Shown one piece after another: positions 18,509 to 28,310 of a stretch of DNA of 64,000 nt. The position numbers and the translations under genes were made by a program. The notes under the pieces were generated by a model, which saw only the letters and a program-made list of their open reading frames with translations, was not told the DNA's origin and made no database searches. The DNA comes from Myxococcota bacterium (GTDB taxonomy: Bacteria > Myxococcota_A > UBA9160 > JAFDDA01). Location: positions 1,120,001 to 1,184,000 of the forward strand of contig OZ245817.1 in the NCBI GenBank assembly GCA_965228475.1, written 5' to 3'. How positions within the stretch are numbered: the stretch's first letter is position 1; each line of letters starts with the position of its first letter.

Positions 18509-20670
18509 TCGGACTTGCCCGACTGGTCGGCTTGATCGCTGTCACCTGCTTCGTCCAGAACTCGTTCGTGCAACTCGTGTCCGGAAACGGCTGTCAGGTC
18601 TTTGCCACGTTCCGCTTCTGCCGCCGGCGAACCGTCGGAGTCGCCAGGTCGCATCTTCTCGACACAGTCGGTGGCTAGTTCGGCCTGCGGATCATCTTGT
18701 GAGCCGTGTAGCCGGTCGGACTGAGGAGGTGCAGGGATGCTGACCCGTGCGCTCATTATCCGATCTTCGAAGTACCGAAACTTCGCCCCCAGGATCGGCT
18801 GAGCCCCGGACACGAAGATCAGGCTCGCGTCCTCCGGCAGTCGCATCGCCTCGTCGGGCGTCAGCAGGTGTCGCTGCGACTCCTGCTCCGAAGCCATGAC
18901 GTGCATCAGCACCGGGTTGAGGCGGTTCCCGGTGTACGTCCGGGTCTCCTTGTGCACGGTCATGGCGCCTGCCATGTCCGAGAGGAGGCGAGCCGTCTCG
19001 ACCTTGTTGGGGGCGTAGGCGACGCGGATCGGGCAGTTCGAGACGATGCTCTCGTCGCGGCCGTAGGCGGCGTAGAGCTGTGAGAGATCCTGCGCGATGA
19101 GGTACGCCTTGATGCCGTAGCCGGCCAGATAGGCCAGCTGGGTCTGGAAGAAATCGAGACGGCCCATGCTCGGGAACTCGTCCAGCATGAGGAGGAGGCG
19201 GTGACGATAGGCGCTGGCCGGTGTGCCACTGCGGAACTCCATTCGTTCGGTCAGCCGCCTCCCGATCTGGTTGATCAGGAGCCGCAGGAGTGGCCGGGTC
19301 CGGCTCAGGTCCGACGGGGGGACGGTCAGGTACAGGCTCAGCGGGCGTTCATGGTGCATGAGGTCACTGATGCTGAAGTCGGAGCAGCCCGTGTTCGCCG
19401 CGACCAGGTCGTCGTGGTAGAGGCTCAGGAACTTGATGGCCGAGGAGAGAACGCTCGAGCGCTCGTTGTCTGACTTGTTGAGGAGCGACCGCGCAGCCCG
19501 CGCGACGGCAGGGTGCGTGGGGGTGGCCTTGCCACTGCTCGGATCGAGCCAGCCCCGCTCCAGGGACGGATCGTGCTTCGTTGCGAGCATGTCGTTGAGC
19601 ACTTCATCGATGGCCCGCTGGGGGTCGGTGAGGAGATCCAGGCACCCACGGAGGCTCTTGTCCCGGCAGGCGTAGAGGACGTGCAGGATCGTGCCGGTGA
19701 GCACCTCCTGCGCGGTCAAGTCCCAGTGGTCCTTCACGCCATCGCCGTCCGGATCGACGAGCATGTCGGCGATGTTCTGGACGTCGCGGATTTCCTGCGG
19801 GCCGCGGCGGACTTCCAGGAGCGGGTTGTAGCGGGCGGCGGTTCCGTCTTCGCAGGTGGGGTCGAAGCGTAGGCATCGGCTGCCGAGCTCGCGCTGCCGC
19901 CAGCCGGCGGTGAGAGCCCAGTTCTCGCCCTTGATGTCGTTCACCAGGACGGAGTGCGGCCAGGAGAGCAGGGTGGGGATCACCCATCCGACGCCCTTTC
20001 CCGAGCGCGAGGGAGCGAAGCCGAGGACGTGCTGGGGGCCGTCGTGGCGCAGTGGCTGAAGCCGGCCTCGGCGCCGGATGGCACCGACGTAGACGCCGGC
20101 GTCGGCTAGGAGACCGGTCTTCTCGATGTCGCTCCGGTCGGCCCAGCGCGCGGAGCCGTGGCTGTCGCTGCGTCCCCCGACTCGTCGGGCCCGGCGAACG
20201 GCCAATGCGATTCCGACGACGAAGACGAAGTGCGCGGGAACGCCAATCAACCAGTGTCCGGTCTGCCAGACGGCCTCCGTCCCGGCAACGTGACCGAAGC
20301 GGAGCTCCCACCGGAAGAAGTCCCACGGCGCGTAGATGGGGCCCATCCAGGCTGCCGCAGCCAGGATGGCCACGAGCAGGCAACCAGTGGACCAGGGCCG
20401 CAGGCGGGGGAAGGCGAGGGCGGCGACCGCCGCGCCCAGCGCCGCGCCTGAGATGCCTCCGAGCCAGAGACGTTCAGAAGCGGAGGCGACGAAGAGCGGC
20501 GGTCCGAGGCCTGCCTGGTAGCTGAGCTTCCAGGCGGCCCACTGGGTCACGGCCCACAGGACCAAGAGCAAACAACCGACGATCGCGACGGCAGAGCCGG
20601 CGAGCACTCCGGCGGCGGTGTTTCGCTCACTGCTGGGCGGGAGACGGTAGAGAGACTTGGCTTGTTGCAT
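18505..20670 (-). CDS. traG: Type IV coupling protein TraG/VirD4
   Basis: HGSARWA, APSRSGKGVGWVIPTLL, DIKGENW, LMLDEFP, IAQDLSQL. Confidence 0.95.
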   Translation of the reverse strand: MQQAKSLYRLPPSSERNTAAGVLAGSAVAIVGCLLLVLWAVTQWAAWKLSYQAGLGPPLFVASASERLWLGGISGAALGAAVAALAFPRLRPWSTGCLLVAILAAAAWMGPIYAPWDFFRWELRFGHVAGTEAVWQTGHWLIGVPAHFVFVVGIALAVRRARRVGGRSDSHGSARWADRSDIEKTGLLADAGVYVGAIRRRGRLQPLRHDGPQHVLGFAPSRSGKGVGWVIPTLLSWPHSVLVNDIKGENWALTAGWRQRELGSRCLRFDPTCEDGTAARYNPLLEVRRGPQEIRDVQNIADMLVDPDGDGVKDHWDLTAQEVLTGTILHVLYACRDKSLRGCLDLLTDPQRAIDEVLNDMLATKHDPSLERGWLDPSSGKATPTHPAVARAARSLLNKSDNERSSVLSSAIKFLSLYHDDLVAANTGCSDFSISDLMHHERPLSLYLTVPPSDLSRTRPLLRLLINQIGRRLTERMEFRSGTPASAYRHRLLLMLDEFPSMGRLDFFQTQLAYLAGYGIKAYLIAQDLSQLYAAYGRDESIVSNCPIRVAYAPNKVETARLLSDMAGAMTVHKETRTYTGNRLNPVLMHVMASEQESQRHLLTPDEAMRLPEDASLIFVSGAQPILGAKFRYFEDRIMSARVSIPAPPQSDRLHGSQDDPQAELATDCVEKMRPGDSDGSPAAEAERGKDLTAVSGHELHERVLDEAGDSDQADQSGKSE

Positions 20671-20776
20671 GACCGGCCTTCAGGCCGTGGAAGACCGGTC
20701 ATCGGAGGGGACCCACAGTATGCCATCTCGGTGGTCCCGTGGCCCGACCGCGTGTGGTGCGCTTCGTCGAGGGACG

Positions 20777-22678
20777 CTACCGACCCCGGTCGCGCTGGTG
20801 GCTCCGCTCCAGGTCGTCCAAGGCCCAGCGGACGCGTCGCTGCTCGCGCTCCTCCTCGGCGGCCAGCTGCGACCGCGCGCGGACGTCATGGCCGAGCTCC
20901 GCAGTATCCGCCGTGGGGATGGCCGTCAGCTCGCGGCCCGTGTCGAGCACAGCATGCCGGTCACCGTCCGCGTCCTCGGCGTACCCGACCAAGCGGCCGC
21001 GATGCACCCGGCCCGCCACCGATTCCGCCATGCGGAGGGGCTTGCCGTGCCGGCTCTGGAGTTCCTCCAGGGAGAGCGGCGTGCGCTCGCGCTGGGTCAT
21101 TCTGGCTTCTACCATCCGCTCGGCACCTCCTATGGCGATGTAGGCCTCGGAATCCCGACCACGTCCCGCCCGACGAATCAGGCCTGCCCGCTCGAGCACC
21201 GCCGCGCGAGCGTGAACCGCCTCCCACCAGCGACGCAGGAACCCCTGGCTCCGTTCCGGCGGCGCTGAGATGCTCCCTGTAGCGCGTACGGAGGCGATGG
21301 CGTCCAGGTCCAAGGGGGTCGAAGCCGAGTCCACCTGCCGAAGCCGCCGGAGCGAGCCGTGCTCGCGAGTAGCGATCCTCGTGGTGCCGTCCCGATCCCA
21401 GGCGTGGATCGTGAGGATCTCCCCGGGTCGCAGGCGCCCCTCGCCGCGCAGCCGCTGGATGGAGGGCGACTGCGGGATCACGTGCCGCTGCCCGTCCGTA
21501 CCCTCGATGATGAGGAAGGGCTGGTCGCGGGACTCGTCGAAGGCTGCGCCGGCCACGCGACCGCGCAGCTCCTCACCGGGCTCCAGGTGTCTCAGGGCTA
21601 CCGGAGCGTGGCGGTCCGAGACTCCGATTCCGGCACTCGCGAGGCTCTTCTGAATGTCGCCCGACACCTGGATCTGCCGGAGGCCAGTCTCGAGGTGCTC
21701 GGAGAGTCTCCACGACCGGTCATCCAGGCGCTGCGCCAGGCCCAGCGCCTCGAGGTAGGCGAGCCTCCGGAGGTTCTGGAGCCGGCGTTCCTGCGCGCGC
21801 GGATGGGCCGGCACGGGCTCGGAGAGCTGTACGACACCGCCTTCCGTCGCCTGGCGTCGCAGAGCCCGATCGATCTCCGTGACACGAGGGCTGTCCACCG
21901 CCCGCTCGCGCGCCTGTCGACGATCCATCTCCAGGCGTGGGCCCAAGGACCGGGTCAGCAGTTCCTGGCTGCGCCCCCGTATTCCGTGTTGCACGTAGTC
22001 CCGAGGGAATCTCAGTTCTCGTCCATGGTCGTCCACGCCGCGCACGGTGATGTGGACATGCGGATGATCGGTGTCGTAGTGGTCGATCGCGGCCCACTCC
22101 AGCCGAGTCCCCAGGTCCTCTTCCACCTGGGCGACCAATGAGCGCGCATGTGCACGGAGATCGACCTGGCCGCCGGCCTCCGGGGAGACGACCAGCTTCC
22201 AGAGCCTGCGGTCTCCGGCCTTCTGCCACTCGTCGAAGCGATCGGGCACGTAGACGTCATCTCCCTGACCGTCGAATCCGAGTCCCCGAGCCCCTTCACG
22301 CTGGGCGCCAGCTCGACTGAGGTAGTGGCCGTGCGCTCTCCACCGGCCCGGCTTCCCGGTCGGAGCGAAGGAGACCTTGACCAGGCTCCGCTGCTGGCTG
22401 CTACCTCGAGCCAGCGCTGACGGGCGATAGCCGCCGTGACGCCTCCGGCCGCCAGCAATGCTGCTCGAGACGCGCCGCAGTGCCCCGGCGCCGCCCGCCT
22501 CTCTCCGGATCTTGGAGGGGCGAAGACGGGCGGTCGCAGGTCCGTCTTGCTTCGGCTCGTGCCGCGACGGCGAAGCCGATGAACCGTCTCCGGTCTGTAG
22601 CTCCCGTTGAGGCACCTTCTCGGGCGCCTTGTCACGATCCGTCTGGATCCGACCGGGCCGCTGCCGTCGCGTGCTCAC
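20777..22678 (-). CDS. VirD2-like (RlxS/DUF3363) relaxase
   Basis: QRSLVK, AHGHYLSR, KLVVSPE, WAAIDHYDTDHPHVHITVRG (HUH), DYVQHGIR. Confidence 0.9.
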   Translation of the reverse strand: MSTRRQRPGRIQTDRDKAPEKVPQRELQTGDGSSASPSRHEPKQDGPATARLRPSKIRREAGGAGALRRVSSSIAGGRRRHGGYRPSALARGSSQQRSLVKVSFAPTGKPGRWRAHGHYLSRAGAQREGARGLGFDGQGDDVYVPDRFDEWQKAGDRRLWKLVVSPEAGGQVDLRAHARSLVAQVEEDLGTRLEWAAIDHYDTDHPHVHITVRGVDDHGRELRFPRDYVQHGIRGRSQELLTRSLGPRLEMDRRQARERAVDSPRVTEIDRALRRQATEGGVVQLSEPVPAHPRAQERRLQNLRRLAYLEALGLAQRLDDRSWRLSEHLETGLRQIQVSGDIQKSLASAGIGVSDRHAPVALRHLEPGEELRGRVAGAAFDESRDQPFLIIEGTDGQRHVIPQSPSIQRLRGEGRLRPGEILTIHAWDRDGTTRIATREHGSLRRLRQVDSASTPLDLDAIASVRATGSISAPPERSQGFLRRWWEAVHARAAVLERAGLIRRAGRGRDSEAYIAIGGAERMVEARMTQRERTPLSLEELQSRHGKPLRMAESVAGRVHRGRLVGYAEDADGDRHAVLDTGRELTAIPTADTAELGHDVRARSQLAAEEEREQRRVRWALDDLERSHQRDRGR

Positions 22679-23200
22679 CGCTTTCCGAGATCGATCGTCG
22701 CGAGCGGCCGAGCGCCGCCGATGACGCTCTCGGTCGGAATGGGCCCGAAGTACCGGCTGTCCCAGCTGCGTTCACGATTCGATCCCACGACCCACAGCTC
22801 GCCGTTCTCAACCGTCCGGGACCCGAACGCCACATGCTCGAGCTTCCGTCCGAGGGTGTCCGAGGTCCGAATCTCGCTGTTGTCGACCTCGCGACCATTC
22901 ACGGCAAGCCAGTCTCGACGCAGGTCCACGTGGTCGCCAGGAAGAGCCAGGATCTGCTTGAGGATCGGACTGCTGCCATCGGGGCAGTCGCCTGCCGGCA
23001 GGTAGCCACGCGATCTGCCGACGGCTGAGACCTCCGATGGAAGGCAGACCAGGACACGCGAGCCTGCCACCAGCTCGGGAGTGGTCTTCAAGTAGAGACC
23101 CACTGGCATCGACGACGTCCAGTTGACGCGGACACCCATCCAGCCCGCGAGAGGGGCAATGGAGAGCCCCACGCAAGCCGCGCAGAAGAAGACCCGCCGG
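22675..23200 (-). CDS. traF: Conjugative signal peptidase TraF (S26); start uncertain
   Basis: NWTSSMPVGLY, RGYL, PILKQILALPGD, SWDSRYFGPI. Confidence 0.88.
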
Positions 23201-23218
23201 CTCCGCGTAGGCGACACT

Positions 23219-23470
23219 TCAGCGAGCCTGAGACGACGATCGTCTCGGTTCCTTCGACGGAACTCGGCACGCTTCTGCCCCTCGGCCCGGATCAGAGGTC
23301 GACCTCCGACGAGCCGACGAGATGTACTCGTCGAGGTCGGCGGGGTCGTAGCGGACAGCGTTCCCGAGCTTGAGGAAACCCGGCCCATTCCCCTGAAGTC
23401 GCCACTTCTGCAAGGTTCGGACGCTCAAGCCGAGGCGATTCGCTGCGTCTTGTTCCGTGAGAAGGTTCAT
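23219..23470 (-). CDS. AlpA/excisionase-like HTH protein
   Basis: MNLLTEQDAANRLGLSVRTLQKWRLQGNGPGFLKLGNAVRY; RBS GAGGAG. Confidence 0.85.
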   Translation of the reverse strand: MNLLTEQDAANRLGLSVRTLQKWRLQGNGPGFLKLGNAVRYDPADLDEYISSARRRSTSDPGRGAEACRVPSKEPRRSSSQAR

Positions 23471-23676
23471 TCTCCTCGGGATTCGCAAGACGTGTGCCAG
23501 AGTGTTCTGGCCAAACGCATGCGAGAATTCGCATCCAGGCCGAGACAACTGTCGTTTGGTTCGTGTTGGCTGCGTGGCCAGCGCCAAGCCTGCGCGATCC
23601 CGAGAAGCAGAATGCTCGGTTGGAGTCGCCAGAAGCCGCAGGCACATGCGGACCGAGCGCCTGCGACCTTGAGGCC

Positions 23677-23763
23677 CTCGCGAGGCTTACGAGTGAAGAT
23701 GGCCTAGAGGTCGCCCGGTGGCAGCGCCGGTCAAGGATGATGTGAAGCAAGCCTATCGGCGCC
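23677..23763. repeat. ~88-bp imperfect direct repeat, left copy
   Basis: About 85% identical by manual alignment to 32706-32793. Confidence 0.85.
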
Positions 23764-23998
23764 CTCGGCGCCGAACACTTCGAGGGTCAGCGGAGTCCGT
23801 ACGCCTCGCCCATATCCGATCTCTAGGGCACGACGCCCGTCCACCCCTTCCCCATCCGCAGCAGCTTCTGCGCCTTGACGTGGCGCTGAACTGCTGACCG
23901 CATGGGGGTTGCCAATCAAGGCGAACTCGACTCTGGTTCAGAATCATGCTGGCGACCCCCTCCGGCCCGTCTCCGACGTGGCCGGCTTGTCAATCAAT

Positions 23999-24018
23999 AT
24001 ATGATTAGCTATTCAGAT
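23999..24018. promoter_or_regulatory. ArsR/SmtB-type operator
   Basis: ATATGATTAGCTATTCAGAT matches the SmtB-box pattern (ATGA-N8-TCAGAT), just upstream of arsR. Confidence 0.75.
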
Positions 24019-24043
24019 GTCTATTCTTAAAGGGAGGCCTGCT

Positions 24044-24430
24044 ATGGCGCGCGACGTGGTCGGGCTGGACGCCTGTACGGTGAAGGTCGTCGATGAGACG
24101 CGGGTCTCGGCAGCGAGGGATGCTCTGCTGCCCGACGACGAAGTCGAACAGCTCACCCAGCTCTTTCGCCTCCTGGGCGACGGAACGCGAGCGCGACTCC
24201 TCTACGCGCTCCTCGAGGCGGGGGAGCTGTGTGTTTGCGACCTCTCGGCTGCGACGGGCACGCCGGAAACCAACGTCTCCCATGCCCTCCGCCTGCTCCG
24301 AACCGCCGGCATCGTGAAGGTCCGACGTGCCGGCCGGATGATGTTCTACAGCCTCGACGATGCGCACGTCCGGATGCTCCTCGACCTCTCCCGTGAACAT
24401 CTTCGACACGCGCCGGGGGGCGGCTCGTAG
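24044..24430 (+). CDS. ArsR/SmtB metalloregulator
   Basis: FRLLGDGTRARLL, ELCVCDL, VSHALRLLR, YSLDDAHV...EH. Confidence 0.93.
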   Translation: MARDVVGLDACTVKVVDETRVSAARDALLPDDEVEQLTQLFRLLGDGTRARLLYALLEAGELCVCDLSAATGTPETNVSHALRLLRTAGIVKVRRAGRMMFYSLDDAHVRMLLDLSREHLRHAPGGGS

Positions 24431-24461
24431 CCATGAGAGCGAGTGAGCAGGAGTGGAGTGA

Positions 24462-25022
24462 ATGATGACTGCCTCTTGGGCGCAGCTTCTTCTGTACGCG
24501 AACCTGCTTGCGCACATCTCGCTCTTCGTAGGCGCGTTCTGGTGCATCGCTTTCCCAGCGCGGCGCATCTACCCGATGACCAGCCCGAACGTCTGGTACT
24601 ACGTGATGTGGTTCCTGTTCGGATTCGTGTTCATCACCAATCCGGTCTTCATCTTCCTCGATTGGAACAGCGGGCCCTGGTCGAGCGGCCTTCGTTTCTG
24701 GCTCGCTATCCCTCTGATCACTTTGGGATCTGCGTTGGTCAGCTGGGGCATCGCGACCCTGGGCGCACGGAAGACATCCGGTCTAGCGGACGAGCTGGTG
24801 GCTCAGGGCCCCTATCTCATGACCCGCAACCCGCAATACGTCGGGGACTTCTTGCTGTTTGTCGGCGTGGTGGTCTTCGCGAACTCCGGGATCGTCGCAG
24901 TGACGCACCTGTTGACCGCCCTCGTGCTGTTGATGGCGCCCTTGGCGGAAGAGCCTTGGTTGGAAGAGCAGTACGGCGAGCCCTACGTGGCGTACCGCCG
25001 TACGGTTCCGCGATACCTGTGA
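24462..25022 (+). CDS. ICMT/PEMT-family membrane methyltransferase
   Basis: LVAQGPYLMTRNPQYVG, EEPWLEEQYGEPYVAYRRTVPRY. Confidence 0.85.
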   Translation: MMTASWAQLLLYANLLAHISLFVGAFWCIAFPARRIYPMTSPNVWYYVMWFLFGFVFITNPVFIFLDWNSGPWSSGLRFWLAIPLITLGSALVSWGIATLGARKTSGLADELVAQGPYLMTRNPQYVGDFLLFVGVVVFANSGIVAVTHLLTALVLLMAPLAEEPWLEEQYGEPYVAYRRTVPRYL

Positions 25023-25054
25023 TCTTGAGCGACGTGATCGGAGGCAAATAGACG

Positions 25055-25693
25055 ATGCCGCGTCTCGCTCTGGCGATCTGGGTGCTCTGGTTCTTCGGCT
25101 TGTTCGTTCTGCGGACCATTCTCCATTGGCGCAATACCGGATCTACGGGGATCAAGGGGTTCCACGGGGGGCTGGGCTCCCTTCAGTGGTTCGCCGGAAG
25201 ATCCGTCAGCCTCGGGTTCATGCTGGCGGCACTCGCCCCGATCGGAGCGCTCCGGGGCTGGTCCGGAGGTTCCATTCTGGTTTCCTCAAGCGGGGTCCAT
25301 CAGCTGGGTGCTCTGCTCGCGCTCGTCGGGATCGTCGGCGGGCTCGTCGCGCAGCAAGGCATGGGAACCTCATGGCGGGTCGGCGTCGACGAGTCGGAGA
25401 GGACGGCGCTCGTGACCGACGGCCTCTTCGCGTGGGTTCGGAATCCGATCTTCACATTCATGCTTCTATCCGCCGCAGGCTTCCTCCTCCTGGTCCCCAA
25501 CGTCCTGGTGCTCCTTGGGTGTGTGCTCACCGTGGCTGGAATCGAGGCACAGGTCCGGGTCGTCGAGGAGCCGTACCTGCTGAAGACCCACGGACGGACC
25601 TACGAGGCGTACGCCGCGCGGGTCGGTCGCTTCTTCCCGGGCATGGGAAGGCTTCGGCGGCCAGTCGAGCCGACGCGGACCGCCAGCGCATGA
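25055..25693 (+). CDS. ICMT-family membrane methyltransferase
   Basis: MGTSWRVGVD, LVTDGLFAWVRNPIF, EEPYL..THG..Y..Y..RVGRFFP. Confidence 0.88.
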   Translation: MPRLALAIWVLWFFGLFVLRTILHWRNTGSTGIKGFHGGLGSLQWFAGRSVSLGFMLAALAPIGALRGWSGGSILVSSSGVHQLGALLALVGIVGGLVAQQGMGTSWRVGVDESERTALVTDGLFAWVRNPIFTFMLLSAAGFLLLVPNVLVLLGCVLTVAGIEAQVRVVEEPYLLKTHGRTYEAYAARVGRFFPGMGRLRRPVEPTRTASA

Positions 25694-26289
25694 GCGCTCG
25701 TTCCGATCTACTTCGGAGGGGCGTGCGCCTCGAAGTCCTCACGGTCTCCTGGAACGTCATCGAGGCGTTGATCGCCATCGGGGCAGGGTGGCTTGCTGGA
25801 AGCGTGGCTCTCATCAGTTTCGGCATCGATAGTGTCATCGAGACCATCGCTGCGTCCGCCCTCTATCGCCGGCTTCGGGCCGAGCTCCGGGGGGCGTCGG
25901 AGGAAGAAGCCGAAGAGCACGAGCGCCGCGCCTTGCGAATCGTCGGGGTGACGTTCTTCGCCCTTGCGCTCTACATCCTCTACGAGGCAGGTACCGCACT
26001 CTGGGCTCGGGAGGTCGCCGAGGTCAGTGCGGTGGGGATCGGTCTGGCAGCCCTTTCGCTGATCGTGATGCCGTTTCTCGCGTTCGCCAAGCTCAAGACC
26101 GGCCGTGCGCTAGGAAGTGCTGCGCTGGTGGCGGACGCCAAGGAGACGTTCGCTTGCTCGTATCTCTCGCTCGTACTCCTGCTGGGGCTTGGCGCCAACG
26201 CAGCCTATGGCGCCTGGTGGGCGGACTCCGTGGCGGCGCTGCTCATGGTCCCCTGGATCGTGCGAGAGGGCTTCGAGGCGTTCGAGTAG
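25690..26289 (+). CDS. Short cation diffusion facilitator (TM domain only)
   Basis: SWNVIEA, GSVALISFGIDSVIE, ALVADAKET, WWADSVAAL; ATGA overlap with the upstream gene. Confidence 0.8.
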   Translation: MSARSDLLRRGVRLEVLTVSWNVIEALIAIGAGWLAGSVALISFGIDSVIETIAASALYRRLRAELRGASEEEAEEHERRALRIVGVTFFALALYILYEAGTALWAREVAEVSAVGIGLAALSLIVMPFLAFAKLKTGRALGSAALVADAKETFACSYLSLVLLLGLGANAAYGAWWADSVAALLMVPWIVREGFEAFE

Positions 26290-26405
26290 GAATGAGCAGA
26301 ATGTGGTCGAGAAGGTTGACCGTGGGGTGAAAAGGCCGCGGCTCGATGTTGTGCGCTCAAGCGAGGCGTGTTAAACGCCGAGAGACCCCAGAAGGCCGGG
26401 AGTCG

Positions 26406-26813
26406 ATGACACGTAGATCCGGACATCGCCTGCTTCTCGCGACCGCGTTGCTCCATCTCTTCGCAGATGTGGCGTTCGCGGGTGGCGCGGTCTTCTGTGT
26501 CGGGTCTGATGATCACCGCGCCGTCGAACTTCAACATGCCTCGGTGGCTATCTGCCAGACGGCTGAAGCGTTCGACATGGCCGACGCCGCGACCGTGTTG
26601 GCTTCCGCCTCGGACTGCAAAGACAGTCCACTTCATTGCAGTCCCGAACTCGTCGGCTCGGCCGACGACGGCTCGGACATCGCACCGCTCGTCGTTGCCC
26701 TCTCTTCCCCGCTCTCGGTCCCTAGCCCTGGGCAGGCTCTCGAGGGTTTGGCCCGGACGCCGACCAGTCCGCCGGGCCTCCGGCTCCATCGAACGACCGT
26801 CCTCCTTCTCTGA
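26406..26813 (+). CDS. Small exported Cys/His protein preceding czcC (CzcI-like position)
   Basis: Signal-like N-terminus, VFCVGSDDHRAVE, DCKD, ends RTTVLLL. Confidence 0.55.
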   Translation: MTRRSGHRLLLATALLHLFADVAFAGGAVFCVGSDDHRAVELQHASVAICQTAEAFDMADAATVLASASDCKDSPLHCSPELVGSADDGSDIAPLVVALSSPLSVPSPGQALEGLARTPTSPPGLRLHRTTVLLL

Positions 26814-26923
26814 TTCGCTCTCCACGAATCCTCTGAGCTTCGCGGAAACGCGCTCGGCACGAGTGTGCCGTCTCTTGCGTCCCGCGAACGCTCGACGACC
26901 CCTTTTCTCGTGGAGTAACGAAC

Positions 26924-28309
26924 GTGAAGAGTATCTCGACGTGCCAAAGTTCCTGGCGACAGCCGCTATGGCTCGCGGCGCTAGCGACAGTGACGCAGGC
27001 GTGCGCTGGCCAACTTCCCGGCCTGCCTCCCACCAGCCCGCTGGGCCACGACATCGAAGCGATCTCTCCAGCGACGTTGGACGAGCCCCGAATGCGCGAG
27101 CCCTTCGAGGAGCCTGCGGGCTCTCTGACCCTTTCTGAAAGCCTCGCAGCCGCCCTTAGGGCTAGCCCGGCGCTGGAGTCCTTTGCCTGGCGTGTTCGTG
27201 CCGACGAGGCACGGGCGCTGCAAGCTGGCTTGCTTCCGAACCCCGCTGTCGCGATCGAAGGTGAGAACTTCGCCGGGAGCGGGGACTTCCGAGGCTACGA
27301 CGCCGCAGAGACCACGGTCTCCCTCGGCCAGCTCGTGGAGCTGGGCGGGAAACGGGCGAAGCGACGCCGGGTCGCGATGCTCGAGCGCGAGCTTTCGGGC
27401 TGGGACTACGAAGCCACCCGGTTGGATGTTCTGACACGGACGACCCAGAGGTTCGTCGCCGTGTTGGCCAGTCAACAGCGGCTCCAGCTCGCCGCCGATC
27501 TTTTGGCTCTCGCCACCGAGTCACTCGACGCCACCCGAGCGCGTGTTCGCGCTGGAGCCGCCTCCGCCGTGGAGCAGGCAAGATCCACCGTCGAGCTGGC
27601 GACCCTCGAAGTCGTACTCGACCGACGGAGGGCAGAGCTCGAAGCGGCAAGGCGACAACTCGCGTCGAGTTGGGGTGTCACAGAGCCCGGGTTTCGTGAC
27701 GTCCAGGGCGACCTCTACGAGCTTCGGGAGCTTCCCAGCCTGGAGAGGATCGCAAGGGCCTTGGCTCAGAACCCGGATCTTGCTCGGTGGGTGACGGAGA
27801 ACGACCGCCGTCACGCTGAGTTCGACCTCGCCCGAGCCATGGCAATCCCAGACGTCACCGCCGGCTTGGGTGTTCGACGCCTCCAAGAATCCGATGACAC
27901 CGCTCTGCTGTTCGGCCTGGAGATTCCCATTCCGCTGTTCGATCGGAACCAAGGTGCCACCGCTGCCGCCCTGGCCGAGGTCAGTCGGACGCGTGCCCTG
28001 GGGCGTGCTCGACAGCTCGAAGTGAGCCGTGCCCTCATCGCCGCCCATGCCGAGGCCTCCAGCAGCCACGCACAAGCTCGATCTCTTCGGGACGACGTGC
28101 TTCCACAGGCGGAGGCTGCCTACGAAGGCACGAGAGACGGCTACCGACGAGGCCTCTTCCGGTACGTAGACGTCCTGGACGCGCAGCGCACGCTCTTCGA
28201 AGCGAAGGGCGAATACGTGGACGCCCTCGCGCGGTATCACGCGGCGACGGCTGAGGTCGAACGTCTCGTTGGCGAGCCAATGGAAAGCCTCATCCAGGGG
28301 AAGAACTGA
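26924..28309 (+). CDS. czcC: TolC-family outer-membrane factor of heavy-metal RND system
   Basis: QAGLLPNP, ELGGKRAKR, IPLFDRNQG, DVLDAQRTL. Confidence 0.88.
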   Translation: MKSISTCQSSWRQPLWLAALATVTQACAGQLPGLPPTSPLGHDIEAISPATLDEPRMREPFEEPAGSLTLSESLAAALRASPALESFAWRVRADEARALQAGLLPNPAVAIEGENFAGSGDFRGYDAAETTVSLGQLVELGGKRAKRRRVAMLERELSGWDYEATRLDVLTRTTQRFVAVLASQQRLQLAADLLALATESLDATRARVRAGAASAVEQARSTVELATLEVVLDRRRAELEAARRQLASSWGVTEPGFRDVQGDLYELRELPSLERIARALAQNPDLARWVTENDRRHAEFDLARAMAIPDVTAGLGVRRLQESDDTALLFGLEIPIPLFDRNQGATAAALAEVSRTRALGRARQLEVSRALIAAHAEASSSHAQARSLRDDVLPQAEAAYEGTRDGYRRGLFRYVDVLDAQRTLFEAKGEYVDALARYHAATAEVERLVGEPMESLIQGKN

Positions 28310-28310
28310 A

